Shown here in pieces: positions 12,400-23,697 of a stretch of 64,000 nucleotides of DNA. The position numbers and the translations under genes are program-made. How positions within the stretch are numbered: position 1 is the stretch's first letter; every line of letters starts with the position of its first letter. The notes below the pieces were generated by a model that made no database searches, was not told the DNA's origin, and saw only the letters and a program-made list of their open reading frames with translations. The stretch is taken from positions 11,996,834-12,060,833 of the forward strand of contig OZ316899.1 in the NCBI GenBank assembly GCA_973895155.1, given 5' to 3'. Source of the stretch: Marsupella aquatica. Taxonomy: Eukaryota > Plantae > Marchantiophyta.

Positions 12400-13671
12400 A
12401 TGACTGACCTTACGCCGAGGGAAGAAAGAGTGATTCAACGGGAGAGAGCTCGACTGCAGCAGCTCGCTGGGTGGCATGATACACAGCGACTGAGAGGGGC
12501 AGAAAGAGCTGGTAGCTCCGAAACTGGAAGTGGCGTCGAAGAAGACATACCAGAAGAAGAGTCGGTAAGGAGAAGTGAGTCTCCAACCGACATGGGGGAA
12601 CCAGAGGCACGGCCAGACGAGAGGCCAGGGACCAGATTGAGCCAGCGGTCGCGCATACATTACAAGGCATTTCATGGGAGAGGAGATGAGGATCCGGACG
12701 AATGGTTGGATGATTTCGAGGGAACCGCTGCAGCAAATGGAGAATCGGCCATCAAGATGCAGATTCTTCCCGGCCTGTTCAAGGGTGAGGCTAGGCCTTG
12801 GTACAGAGCATTAGATGTGGAAGATCAAGCCATCTGGGATATCTTCAAAACACTCTTTGTTAAGGAGTTTCGACCAATTGGAACTTCAGAACTAGCAGTG
12901 CTGAAGTTGGGACGACTTCGGTTCAAGGAGAACAAATCCTTCAGGAAGTTCTTGCAACGCTTTCAGAAACTGGTAAGACGTACAAAGACCAATGCATCTG
13001 AAGGTATGCAACTTCAATGGTTGGTGAATGCTTTGCCACAGAAGATGAGTTTTGCAATTAGGAAGGAGAACCCGGAGACTTTAGCCGAAGCAATTAAGGA
13101 TATTCAATTATACATTAATGCAGATATCACAAGCCGGAAGAAACAGCTTAAGTCTGAGAGTTCCTCATCAGAAGAGGGATCACCCCATAAGAAAAAAGAT
13201 AAGAAGAAGAAACATTCCAAGAAGTCTAGAAGTGATAAGTCAAGCTCGGATAGTGGGAGTAGCAAGAGTGAGTCATCTTCTAGTTCTGAAGAAGAAAAAA
13301 CTACCAAAAGGAAGGGCAGAAGGAGAGGGAAGACGAAAGTCAAGCTGGAGGCTAAGCCACCAGATAACATCGTAGCCCTTACCGAGCAACTTAAGGCTAT
13401 CATTGTAGAGGTAAAACCGAAGAAGAAGGTATTACAGGAGGATAGCTCTGTATGGTGTGCCTTATGTTATAAAACCGGACACCATAAAGATGCGTGTCCT
13501 AAGCTTAATACTAATCATGTTCGGCATGTGGCCGAGATCAGACCATGTCAGGGAGAAGTAGAGTACTTTTTAGGAGATGCCGCTGATAGTGTTTTCGGCA
13601 TCAGTGAGACTGGAGCACGAGACCTATCCAACAGACCTACATCTCTATGGTCAGGGTTAAGGAACAACTAA
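12400..13671 (+). CDS. gag: Gag (retrotransposon gag domain, CCHC zinc knuckle)
   Basis: FHGRGDEDPDEWLDDFE, FKGEARPWY; knuckle CALCYKTGHHKDAC. Confidence 0.9.
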   Translation: MTDLTPREERVIQRERARLQQLAGWHDTQRLRGAERAGSSETGSGVEEDIPEEESVRRSESPTDMGEPEARPDERPGTRLSQRSRIHYKAFHGRGDEDPDEWLDDFEGTAAANGESAIKMQILPGLFKGEARPWYRALDVEDQAIWDIFKTLFVKEFRPIGTSELAVLKLGRLRFKENKSFRKFLQRFQKLVRRTKTNASEGMQLQWLVNALPQKMSFAIRKENPETLAEAIKDIQLYINADITSRKKQLKSESSSSEEGSPHKKKDKKKKHSKKSRSDKSSSDSGSSKSESSSSSEEEKTTKRKGRRRGKTKVKLEAKPPDNIVALTEQLKAIIVEVKPKKKVLQEDSSVWCALCYKTGHHKDACPKLNTNHVRHVAEIRPCQGEVEYFLGDAADSVFGISETGARDLSNRPTSLWSGLRNN

Positions 13672-13733
13672 GAGAATTAGAAACCCTGGAGAATACCGAA
13701 GCCATTGCCAAGGATGTAAAATGAGCAAAAGCA

Positions 13734-15246
13734 TTGTTTGCTTCGGAAGACCCAACAGCTGTGGAGACTAGCGTGGCAAAACTGGCCGAATCCAAGACGG
13801 AGACACCACCAGAGGAGAAGCCGATTGTTCCCTATGACCTGGCTAAAGATGTACTAGAATCTAGAGTCTCGGCAACAGTAGGTCAACTATTGAAAAATAG
13901 CCCGTACTTCCGGAAGCAATTAAGGAAGGCTATTCTCGGCAAGCCGAGATTACCCAAGGTAGCAACCAGATCCGACGTACTAATGATAGAAGAAGATCAA
14001 GGAGCCCCAGCATTACCATTAATGATTCAAGGAGAATTATTACTACGGGTACCCATCGATGGAGGATCAGGGGTATGTATTATGATTGATTCAACAGCAA
14101 AAGGGTGGGGTCTAACACCGGAGATGACTGGAAGAGTGTTGAACATGGCCAATGGATATCAGGTCATTCCCACGGGAGTGTTAACCGGCATCAAGACAGA
14201 GATAGGAGGTATCTTCTTTAGCATTAACTATGTAGTAATGAAGCCGGTAAATCCTACGTCATTCCGGCTATTGATTGGTAGGCCATGGCTGTACCTAGCC
14301 GAGGTAATAGAAGATTGGGGTAAAAAGCAATTCACTTTCGGGACCCCCTCTATCACGGTATCCTGGGACACTAAGGATGACCGTAGGAAAAGCATAAGGG
14401 AAGTAGATGGGTATGACAGTGGACTGGAGTCAGCCGATGAAGTACGTTGGTTAGAATGCCTCACTGACCTAACCGAAGAAAGTGTCTTTGGACCAGAGGT
14501 ACCCCCCAGCGGATTATGGCAAGAACCAATGGAAGGTGACTTGGAAGAAGAAGACGAAGAGGTCAAGGACTGCTTTACAATAGAATCCACCTTTTTAGCT
14601 GCAATTCCGGAGGAAGTAAAGGATGTAGACCAATTGGATGAAACGGCTAAGTGGGGAGCAGTAGCAGGGACAGTGGATTTTCTGCAGGCGTTGTGGCAGA
14701 GCCGGCAGGGTTCACAACGCCATCGATCATCGACAAGGAATTAAATACCAAGGGATCGGCATACAAGCTGATTACGAGGGCAGAACAAATTGAGGCCCTA
14801 TTAGAAGCCGAGAGAGCACAGCGGCCTGACTCTCAGGAGCAAGAGGTGGATGAGATGGACAGACACAATCCAGAGCCAAGGCAGGAAGGGGAGCCGACCA
14901 CCAATTCAAAACCGAATAGACCGGCAAGGGGACAATCTATGGACACCAAGGAAGGGACCGACTCGGCTAGTCCAGCCGAGATTCCAGTTTATGGAGGTAT
15001 GAGATTGGAGAGACTGGAAGCCGAACTGGACCCGAATTTGAAGAAGCAGATTAATATGATCCAAGCACGGCAATATCGGAAGCTCGACTTAGGAGAGGGA
15101 AGAGAACTGAACTTAGGGAGAAACCTAGCACCTGAGCTCTAGAAAGAGATCAATGACTTATTGATTGAATTTCAGGATGTGTTGCATGGAGTCACCAAGA
15201 TCTAAAGGGAGTAGATCCAACACTAGGGGAACATCGAATTGATCTC
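13734..15246 (+). pseudogene. Aspartic protease and linker, frameshifted
   Basis: VPIDGGSGVCIM and LLIGRPWL motifs; frame changes near 14680 and 15185, stop at 15140-15142. Confidence 0.85.
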
Positions 15247-17916
15247 ATGTTAGGAGCCAAATCATTTCGACAACCAATTCGAAGGATGAACCCGAAGTAT
15301 TCCCTGCTGGTCAAAACAGAAATCGACAAACTAGTGGAAGCTGGATTCATCACTCCAGTCCTGCATTCAGACTGGGTGTCTCCAATTGTGATAGTTCCCA
15401 AGAAAGCTGGACCCGATGGTAAACCCAAGATCCGGGTTTGTCAGGATTACAGGAAGCTGAATGAAGCAACATTAAAAGACCATTTTCCTTTACCGTTTAC
15501 TGATATGGTACTAGACATGGTAGCCAGTCATGAACTATATTCATTCATGGATGGATACTCTGGTTATAACCAAATCAGGATTCGGCAGGAAGACCAAATC
15601 AAGACGGCCTTCATCACGGAATGGGGGATCTATGTCTTCAATCGTATGTCGTTTGGACTCTGCAACGCACCAGCTATGTTTCAACGATTAATGGTGAACA
15701 TTTTTCATGATTACTTGAGAAAGTTCATGAAAATCTTCATTGATGACTTTGCAGTATTCGGGAAGGCATCGAAACATGCTAAATACCTCAGGAAAACCTT
15801 CATGAGATGTAGAGAGGTGGGTCTCAAGTTACACCCAGATAAATGTTTCTTTGCAGTAACCGAGGGGGTGTTACTAGGTCACAAGGTATCAAGGAAGGGC
15901 ATTGAGATTGACAAAGGTAAGCTAGCAGTATGGCTAGATATCATGCAACCTAAGAACATAAAGGATGTAAGATCCTTCTTGGGATGCATTGGTTACTATC
16001 GCCGGTTCATCAAGGATTTTGCCAAGCTAGCTTTACCATTAACCAACATGCTCAAGACAGGAGCAGACTTCGAACCCACACCCGAACGAGTCACAGCGGT
16101 GGTAGAATTGAAGCAGATGTTAGTAGAGGCCCCAGTCATGATAGCACCGGACTGGAACAAAGATTTTCATGTTTTTGTAGATGTCTCGGGCTTCTGTATC
16201 GGCTCAGTACTAAGTCAGTTGGATGAGAAAGGAAGGGACCATCCCATATACTTCGCAAGCCGTCAGCTTGCCGATGCCGAACGGAACTACTCCACCACAG
16301 AGAGAGAAGCATTAGGAGTCATTTATTCTTGTAAAAAGTTTAGGCATTATTTACTAGGGTACAAGGTAATCTTTCATACCAATCATGAAAGTTTGAAGTA
16401 CCTAGTCAATAAGCCGGACCTTATAGGCAGAGTAGCAAGATGGATTTTGCTATTACAGGAGTTTGACTATGAGCTGAGGATCAAGCCGGGAAAGTTACAC
16501 GCCAATGCCGACTTCTTTTCAAGGATCACAGGTAAACCTGCCACGGATTGCATCGATGATCGATTCCCCGACGAGGAGCTATTCGTTGTGGAAATAGCTG
16601 ATACATGGTACCCTGAGATTTTACAATTTCTCAGCACTTCCAGATTACAGTCAGGATTAAGCCGAGAGCAAGCCGCAGTCTTTGTGCGGAAGGTCAGACA
16701 GTATCAGTGCATTAAAGGCATACTGCACAAGCATGGAATCAACGGCACGATTCAAAGGTGTTTGGAAAAGGGAGAGGTAAAACGAGTCCTACGGGCCATG
16801 CATGGAGAGGAAGCCGGAGGACATTTTGCCCCAGTAACCACGTCTAAGAAGATATTAAATGCCGGTTACTGGTGGCCCACCTTGCACAAGGATGTCTATC
16901 AGTTTATCAAACAATGCGATCCTTGTCAACGAGCGGGAGGACCAAGGGCGTCCACCAGACATCCACTGCACCCTATTCTACCTCTGGCACCATTCGAGAA
17001 GTGGGGTATTGATTACATTGGACCTCTGAAACCACTGACCCACCCTCGACGGAACAAGTACATAATCCTGGCTACGGATTGTGCAACTAAATGGGTAGAG
17101 GCCAGACCAACAACGAAGGATGATGCAATTACTACGGCTAGATTCATGTATGAGCAGATCTTCACCAGGTATGGAGCACCCCTAGAATTAGTTAGTGATA
17201 GAGGAACCCATTTTTTGAATGATATAATTAGTCGTTTAAATGAGCAGTATTTAGTTAAACATAGGCCTACTACTCCCTACCATCCAAAGGCAAATGGGTT
17301 GACAGAACGAGCAAACGGAATTATAGGAAAGATATTGAACAAGACAGTAGCTCAGAACAAACTCGATTGGGATGATAAATTGTTTGCTGCTGTTTTTGCT
17401 TACAATCTTGCCTATAAATCCACTACCGGTCATACACCCTTCTTCTTCACCTTTGGACAAGAAGCCCTGGTACCCATGCAACTTGAGATACCGACATTTC
17501 AAGTTACAATTGAGGAAAGAGCCTCAGCGGAGGAGAGCCTAAAGGAGCGAGAATATAGGTTAGAAGCTTTAGAGGAGGCGAGAATGATTTCAGCCGAGAG
17601 AGTAGAATATAGACAGAATATCATGAAGCAGCAGTATGATAAAAAGTTGAAAGTAGTTAGTATTCACACCGGTGATCTTGTGCTACTTTATGACAGTAGG
17701 TATAGTAGGTTTCCAGGAAAGCTTTACACTCGCTGGTTAGGACCCTTTAGAGTAACCATGATGTTCCCCAATGGCTCCGTACAATTGGCCAACATTACGG
17801 GAGAGGTATATCCAGTTCGCATCCATTATGACCGCCTCAAGAAATACTATATGGACAAAGATGAAGTGGTTCGCGAGGACGCTTCACAATTAAGTGGGGA
17901 GCTATGTGATGCCTAG
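15247..17916 (+). CDS. pol: Pol: reverse transcriptase, RNase H, integrase
   Basis: RVCQDYRKLN, DGYSGYNQI, FIDD, RNYSTTERE, H..GHF..CDPCQ, WGIDYIGP, SDRGTHF, NGLTER, WLGPF; no chromodomain; stop codon lies 12 nt inside the 3' LTR. Confidence 0.95.
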   Translation: MLGAKSFRQPIRRMNPKYSLLVKTEIDKLVEAGFITPVLHSDWVSPIVIVPKKAGPDGKPKIRVCQDYRKLNEATLKDHFPLPFTDMVLDMVASHELYSFMDGYSGYNQIRIRQEDQIKTAFITEWGIYVFNRMSFGLCNAPAMFQRLMVNIFHDYLRKFMKIFIDDFAVFGKASKHAKYLRKTFMRCREVGLKLHPDKCFFAVTEGVLLGHKVSRKGIEIDKGKLAVWLDIMQPKNIKDVRSFLGCIGYYRRFIKDFAKLALPLTNMLKTGADFEPTPERVTAVVELKQMLVEAPVMIAPDWNKDFHVFVDVSGFCIGSVLSQLDEKGRDHPIYFASRQLADAERNYSTTEREALGVIYSCKKFRHYLLGYKVIFHTNHESLKYLVNKPDLIGRVARWILLLQEFDYELRIKPGKLHANADFFSRITGKPATDCIDDRFPDEELFVVEIADTWYPEILQFLSTSRLQSGLSREQAAVFVRKVRQYQCIKGILHKHGINGTIQRCLEKGEVKRVLRAMHGEEAGGHFAPVTTSKKILNAGYWWPTLHKDVYQFIKQCDPCQRAGGPRASTRHPLHPILPLAPFEKWGIDYIGPLKPLTHPRRNKYIILATDCATKWVEARPTTKDDAITTARFMYEQIFTRYGAPLELVSDRGTHFLNDIISRLNEQYLVKHRPTTPYHPKANGLTERANGIIGKILNKTVAQNKLDWDDKLFAAVFAYNLAYKSTTGHTPFFFTFGQEALVPMQLEIPTFQVTIEERASAEESLKEREYRLEALEEARMISAERVEYRQNIMKQQYDKKLKVVSIHTGDLVLLYDSRYSRFPGKLYTRWLGPFRVTMMFPNGSVQLANITGEVYPVRIHYDRLKKYYMDKDEVVREDASQLSGELCDA

Positions 17917-19101
17917 ACAGGAATCACTCGGCCAGTTAAGTGGGTAAAGCAGGAAGGCACCCTAGGAACACCTTAGTATAGGGACAAAACAAGGAAAATA
18001 TAAACAATTAGGGGCAACCATGGAACCCGGGCCGAGGCCGGAGGTAAGGACGCTGAGGGTGAAAACTCGATTAGGGTTAGGGCGCGTTAAGCGTCGGCGG
18101 CTAGGAAGGATCAACGGGAAGAAGGACCGGCAGTGGCTGAGGAGGAAGCGTTGGGGGCGTCCATTAAGGATCCACCACCGGTGTCGTGACGGTGCAAGGG
18201 CGCCGTTCCTTTTAGGGAGGGCGGACGTGGAGGGAGGAGGCGTGAGTGGGCAGGGCGGGCGCTGATCTCCAAGTTTAAGATTTGGATCAGGACCAGGAGC
18301 GGCCCTGACACTTAGCTTAGTGGGATTGCGGTCCCACTGGTAGGAGCAACACTTGTGCTCCTGCCTTGCTGTACATAGGTAGATTCGGGCAAGTAGATTA
18401 CTGTTAAGTAGATTAGGCTTATGATGCAAAGAATGGCGGATCCACTACCAGGATAAGTACCTGGGCAGCGGGGAGCTCAGGGCCTCTTCTTTAGCAAGTT
18501 TTTAGTTTGCACCAGCCGGGCTGGGATCAAGTAGTACGAGAAGCTCTCGGTTAGTCATACAGTGACCCTTGTGTATATTCATGTTTCCTCATGCCTAAGA
18601 GCTGAATAGAGTTGGCCTCACGGCTTAGTTTGCAGAGCTTGTGTATGAGATGTACTGTTTGTATGGCAAGTGCATGGTATGACTCAGTCAGAATGAGTCA
18701 TTTTGCTATTTGTGTGTCGCATTAACTTGTGTGAAGAGTGCCCACATCAACCAAAAGGAAGGAAAGTAAGCAGGGGAGTGAGAGTTGGATGTGTCGAGCT
18801 GAGAGAGGTCTTAGCGGCTTAACCAAGCCTATTGGGGATCATTTCGGCGGCGGAATCCAAACATACCTAACAAGACGGAGGGGAAGACAGGGGAAGGCCT
18901 AGATTAGGCCGGCTACGTATCTCATGACCCGATGAAGGATCTGTCCAGTATATGTGTGTAAAATGTTAATAGTAGTAGTAGAAGGTTAGCAGCGTCCCAT
19001 GCCGCTAAGCCGCGGAAACGGCCTCGCCAAGCGTGAAACCTGCGGGAATCGGCTTGAGCTGGGGGGTTTCTTGGGTTTAGGGAGCCATGGGACGCACCAC
19101 A
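17905..19101 (+). repeat. 3' LTR (1197 bp)
   Basis: Near-identical to the 5' LTR. Confidence 0.95.
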
Positions 19102-19608
19102 ACGTGTAATCCTCAGTGGGTGATGCAAAGGGAGTCGCACTTCATTGGTATGTCTCTGATTCCTTTGCCCCAACTGTCCATCCTCATTTGCCTGATCCAT
19201 ACCTTCAGTTGTCGTAGGCACCCCTTGGCTATGTACCCTTTGCACTAGACAGGCTTATACAATTGCATATTCTAAGTACATGGAGGGGACACATGCAAGT
19301 TTCATGAAGGAAATATCATAGACGCTAAACACACTCACTATCAAGTCCGCTCTGTGCTGGCGCCCGACCTGCTCACGTATCATCTGCTCACTGCAGGCAG
19401 CAACATCATAACAGACTTACTATAATCAGTGAAGTGCTTGGTCGTTGACCAGTCAATGGTACAACGTACATCATACACTGCCATACATCTCCACATGCAA
19501 AACCAAGACATTTGGAGGATGAAAAGGAGTAATGTCTTGTAGACAAAAAATAACACACAAAAGTTTATTTCAAAAATGTAACCATCTAGCATACAGACAG
19601 TTGAGACC

Positions 19609-20535
19609 TTATTCATAATCATTAGGGCTAACAGAATCATACGCACTATCAGAAAACTCTTCATCCGTGGTCTGGAACTCAGAAGTAACATATTCTGGGT
19701 CGTCATAGGGAATGAATGGCTTTGCTGGCCATATTTCATATAAATCATATTTATGCTCATCTAATCGCATATTTGTTGAAAGTGACTGCCTGACCCATTC
19801 AGGGCAGACCACACGCAGCCCATGTGTGATGAGCCATCGTACTGTGGACTTTCCATACTCTCGGCATGCCTTAGAATATGAATGAGCAATGAGATGGGTG
19901 GTCTCATTAGTGAGCTTCTCAATCACTGTACCACCTCTTCTACTGATCTCCCTCTTGAAACGACAGACCCTATATGGCTTGATAGACTTGTCAAGTATAA
20001 CAGCCCTCACACCTCTGAACATGGTACGGTCTGGGATGGGTTCTGTCTCATATGGGATAATGTTGTTGTATACTTTTGTGATCTGGTCAATAGACGGAAC
20101 CCTACTCCCACCTCTCCCTGCAATTCTACGAGCCTTGTGCCAATCTCAACTGTCTTTCATCATTTGGACGCTATTGTACTTGCTCTCAAACAAATTGTAA
20201 TCATCAGGATCTTGGACACTCCCTTTTCTAAGGGAGTCAGACATCCATTCTGCTGAAAGTATTTTGACATGCCTCAAGAAGACTTTGTCATAGAAAACCG
20301 ACCAAGATGCCATTTTCAGACAATGTTCCCATGTTTCTGCAATAATATGGGTGACTTCAATGTCCTGTAGTTGAGATTGTGTCTCTGTACCGTGACACTC
20401 AATGAGTTTTCTCCTAAGGATATCCAATCTTGCACTCTGAATACCTGGGACAAAAAAGACTCTGACCCCTTGGAAGATGGGAGCACACTGGGAAGTTGGA
20501 AGGGGGACAGGTTCATGCTTCCGTTTGGAAGGCAT
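19609..20535 (-). pseudogene. Tandem BRCT-domain protein (Pol lambda-like BRCT), one in-frame TGA between the domains
   Basis: IFQGVRVFF..VTHIIA..ILSAEWMSDSLRKG..DDY and MFRGVRAVIL..GGTV..TTHLIA..VVCPEWVRQSL..KY; both ORFs share a frame, separated by TGA at 20146-20148 plus 41 open codons. Confidence 0.8.
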
Positions 20536-21437
20536 GATGCCTCCTGTAATAAAAGCCAATAGAGAAATACCAGTGCCCGCGTTTCCTGTCCCTCAATGCT
20601 TCAGCCCAATGCTCTCTGATGACACAAAGTGCACTCTAGCTCCCTGATTGTGGCACACATGACAAGATTGAAAGTCAATACATGCAGTAAATCCCAGCAC
20701 GAGTTATAGGACAAACCATATACTCTTCAGTCAAATTATTTTCACCATGTGTTCATGTAATTACATTGATGAAAGTAGAGCGACAGCCTACTTGAGTATA
20801 CACATAGCATACATGTGGCCCTTTATATTGTCTTGTCTGCATATAGCCTGAATTCACATTCGAATACCTGTATCTTACGTGATAGTGGTGGGGACTGAGA
20901 ATGATATCATTCAACTGCCCAATTTCCAGTCACATCTGTAATTGTACAAATGTATGGGTCAGGCACACGACTTAAGATGACCTTTGTTAAGAGCAGAAAC
21001 AAATACATAATTTGAGCTATATATGTATTTTCATACTCCAATGCATGCATGTTGTTTTACTCCAGGCAACAGTCTGCTTGGAATCTTTAGTCTTTCACAG
21101 TTATGGTCTCTTGCCATACACATGATTCACTCAAAGTGGAAAAAACACAGACATCCTTGTGCAGGCCCTAACTTTGAAATTGCAATTAACTTAATCAGTC
21201 TTCAAAAAATAAGTTAACTTAGTTAGTTTTGGAGGTGTCATCGTGTACGAAAGTATAAGGACAGAACCATGTATGGCTGAACTGAAAAAGCAAGATCCAA
21301 ATTTACTATGCAGTCACAAAGTCGATCGATAGCTCACTGTAGCGGGGTGTGTCTGAGCTATGGTTGACAGCGCAGTGAGGTGCCCACTTCATTAAAAAGT
21401 CCAAAATGTGAGATGTGCAATGTTGGATTCATTTAGC

Positions 21438-22160
21438 TCAGCCTGTTGGTGCTGATCCACTTGTTTTGTTGCTGGCACTAGAGGTGTCATCCAGCAATAG
21501 CCAAGTCAAGTGGTCTCTCACAGGGGTCTGCAAATGAGGGTCAATCGTATGGAGGTGGCAATACAAAAACCACCTATCAACCCCGTGTGCAGAGTGGGAA
21601 TAAATTTGGCGGTCACATGCATACCCTTCTGCCTGAAGGGCTAGTAAACACTCATGGTGCCAGGCTGTGGGACATCTGGGACAATGGACCATGTCTATCC
21701 AGTAGTCATCATCAGGCTCCCCACAAGCAGGACAAATATGTAGTGGGCAAAGGGAGTTATCATGGGGCAGGCATGTCAAACAAAAAAAATGAACACAAAA
21801 CCTGTCAGGACATTTCCGCAGCTCTGGTTGATCCCCCCCAACAGTGCCGTTTGTGCCACATTGAGCACACTTGCTGATATTAGTGGCACAATCAAAGCAA
21901 GTCCAAGCACCCCGATGGTCCCCCCGGAGCCCAACCCCAGGGCATGCATTTTGTGGTGCATAAGTGGACCAGGAATTGACATGGAATTGTCTCAGGCAGG
22001 GGCCATCACACATGACCAGGTCACCTCCATCGTCACAAATGGCACAGACATGAGCGGCTTTCTGATGAATTTGTGCATTGGACCAATGATGATGTCTACT
22101 CATGGAATCGTGCCTCACCTGTGATCCGCCTCTGTGTGCTGACCGTTTTGGACGAGCCAT
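21438..22160 (-). CDS. EDM2-like composite PHD-finger protein (intronless, PHD module only)
   Basis: VCAICDDGGDLVMCDGPCLRQFH..C..C..CPLHICPAC..CPRCPTAWHHECL..LYCHLHTIDPHLQTPVRDHL follows the plant EDM2 PHD region as I recall it (..IYCQEHEIDEELLTPVRDH..). Confidence 0.85.
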   Translation of the reverse strand: MARPKRSAHRGGSQVRHDSMSRHHHWSNAQIHQKAAHVCAICDDGGDLVMCDGPCLRQFHVNSWSTYAPQNACPGVGLRGDHRGAWTCFDCATNISKCAQCGTNGTVGGDQPELRKCPDRFCVHFFCLTCLPHDNSLCPLHICPACGEPDDDYWIDMVHCPRCPTAWHHECLLALQAEGYACDRQIYSHSAHGVDRWFLYCHLHTIDPHLQTPVRDHLTWLLLDDTSSASNKTSGSAPTG

Positions 22161-22569
22161 GACTTCTACCCCGATAGAAAACAACACAATATATGGCCAG
22201 AGTCAGTGACGTAGTGAAGCATGCAAAGAATGAGAAACTAAAACTATGAATTAATACCAAAGATTTGAGAAACTGTAATTTCAAGTTCTAAATTCAAGAC
22301 AGGTTGTGTGCATGGAGGAAATTTTAAGTTTAGGACTCTGAGATTGTACACAGGCAATTACTGAACGATTTCTGCCATTAAAGGTGGGCAATTGTTGGGC
22401 TAGCATTTTCACACATTAATTTTTATAAATTTTGGGGGCCACGAAAATAAGGGGAACCAGTAGAAGAATTCAAAAGTCCACAACAGGACATTGCTCAGCA
22501 CAACAAGAAGGCCAGTAGAATACAATCGACACCCCATACATAAAATCCAATCAAATAACCCAAATCCAG

Positions 22570-23548
22570 TCTACACTTCCATAGTGAAATCCTGGCTTGA
22601 CCCTGGCCCCGACCTGAGATTGCTATAGTGATGGGCATGCATAAGAGAGGGAGAGATTTCTGTACATACTTGAGGATAAGCAGCACAAACGCTCGACCCT
22701 GAGACCACCAGTGAAGACAAAGAATGACAATGTAGAGGGCTCTGAGTGATTACAGACCTCAGGAGTTGACAAAACCCTGGAATGATTTCTTTGTGCCTAG
22801 CTTGGCAAAAGAGAAAGCTCTCGAACGGGTGGAAAAATGATCTGCAAGTGCCACAGACAGAGTGTGGCTCATCAGTTCTGTGGCTCATTAGTTGTTCGTG
22901 GAGGAGTACATTATAGAGTATCACATTTGACTAATGTCCTGTACATTGAATACATACAGTGGCAAAGTAGTCAATGGAAGAGTGACCTGCTCCCTTTGCG
23001 TTCTTCCTGTTGCCGAAACATGAATGTAGAGGTAGAATTGCATGCAGGAAAATTTGAAGTTTAGGGCTATGACATCCATGCTTTGTGCAACCTCTAATCC
23101 GAAAGCCTCCAAAGACACAAGTGAAGCATGTAGGCGCGCGTAATAACTTCTAATTTAGTCATTGATAGTACAAGAGTATACTCTAAAGTCTGCGATTATG
23201 AAAGTACAAGCAGTGCAGGCGCGCAGGTCTGAAAAGTTGTTGCAAGACACAAATAAGCACTAAGCGACTAAGGACAGGACCGTTGAGTTGAAATCACAGC
23301 TCAGCAAAGGCAAAGAAAAACCCCCCGCACCCCACCTTAGTTCTGCACAACACTTCTGCACACTAGAATACTAGTGTATGAGATTAGAGCAATTCAAGCC
23401 GAAGCAGAATGAAAGTGCCGACAATATACTGTGATCCCATCTACATTTCCATAGTGAAATCCAAGTTCGACGCCGACCCCGACATGAGATTGCTATAGTG
23501 ATGGGCATGCATAAGAGAGGGAGAGATGATGACACGTACTTGAGGATT
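22570..23548. repeat. ~110-bp dispersed duplicate (22570-22678 and 23440-23548), each with a minus-strand splice-donor-like TCCTCAA|GTAYGT
   Basis: TTCCATAGTGAAATCC..GAGATTGCTATAGTGATGGGCATGCATAAGAGAGGGAGAGAT..TACTTGAGGAT occurs twice. Confidence 0.8.
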
Positions 23549-23569
23549 GCGAGAGAGAGAAATTTGCAA

Positions 23570-23692
23570 CAGAGAGTGGACAAAATGGAAGAGCGAGACA
23601 CGATGGAAGAGCGAGACCGAGAGAGAGGGCGAGAGAGAGTGAGGTGAGAATTCAGCAAGAGAGGTCTCGAATAGGGACAACCTTCTATATAT
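23570..23692 (-). promoter_or_regulatory. Putative TATA box and CT-rich 5'UTR for the PHD cargo gene
   Basis: Minus-strand ATATATAG at 23692-23685, followed ~30 nt later by a long CT-rich tract. Confidence 0.4.
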
Positions 23693-23697
23693 GAACC

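Larger units (their letters stand above)
11113..19101 (+). mobile_element. Ty3/gypsy (non-chromovirus, Athila/Phygy-like) LTR retrotransposon, full length but frameshifted
   Basis: LTRs 11113-12330 and 17905-19101 (TG..CA); TSD ACGTG at 11108-11112 and 19102-19106; PBS-like TGGCGCTAGATGGAGG after the 5' LTR; PPT AAGTGGGGAG before the 3' LTR; gag-PR-RT-RH-INT order. Confidence 0.96.
7493..19200 (-). pseudogene. CACTA Tnp2-like transposase (transposase-associated CPC..C..H domain, Transposase_21, DUF4218, DUF4216), disrupted
   Basis: Motifs LRHFPLIPRLQRL, RNVRFGLSLDGANPF, NYNLPPW, ADYPG, HNIDVMHIEKNV, RWMYPMER, EPFVFPSQVEQVFF. ATG at 19200; frame restored across the gypsy insertion (..LRITR|HDSKLWNR..). 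In-frame stops at 10802 and 9538, frameshift in the A-run near 9935; GT-AG introns 9375-9260 and 8357-8250. Confidence 0.92.

Noticed and set aside
13669-13734. Programmed gag-pol frameshift
   Set aside because: The element has further frameshifts and a stop in pol; cannot be distinguished from decay without other copies
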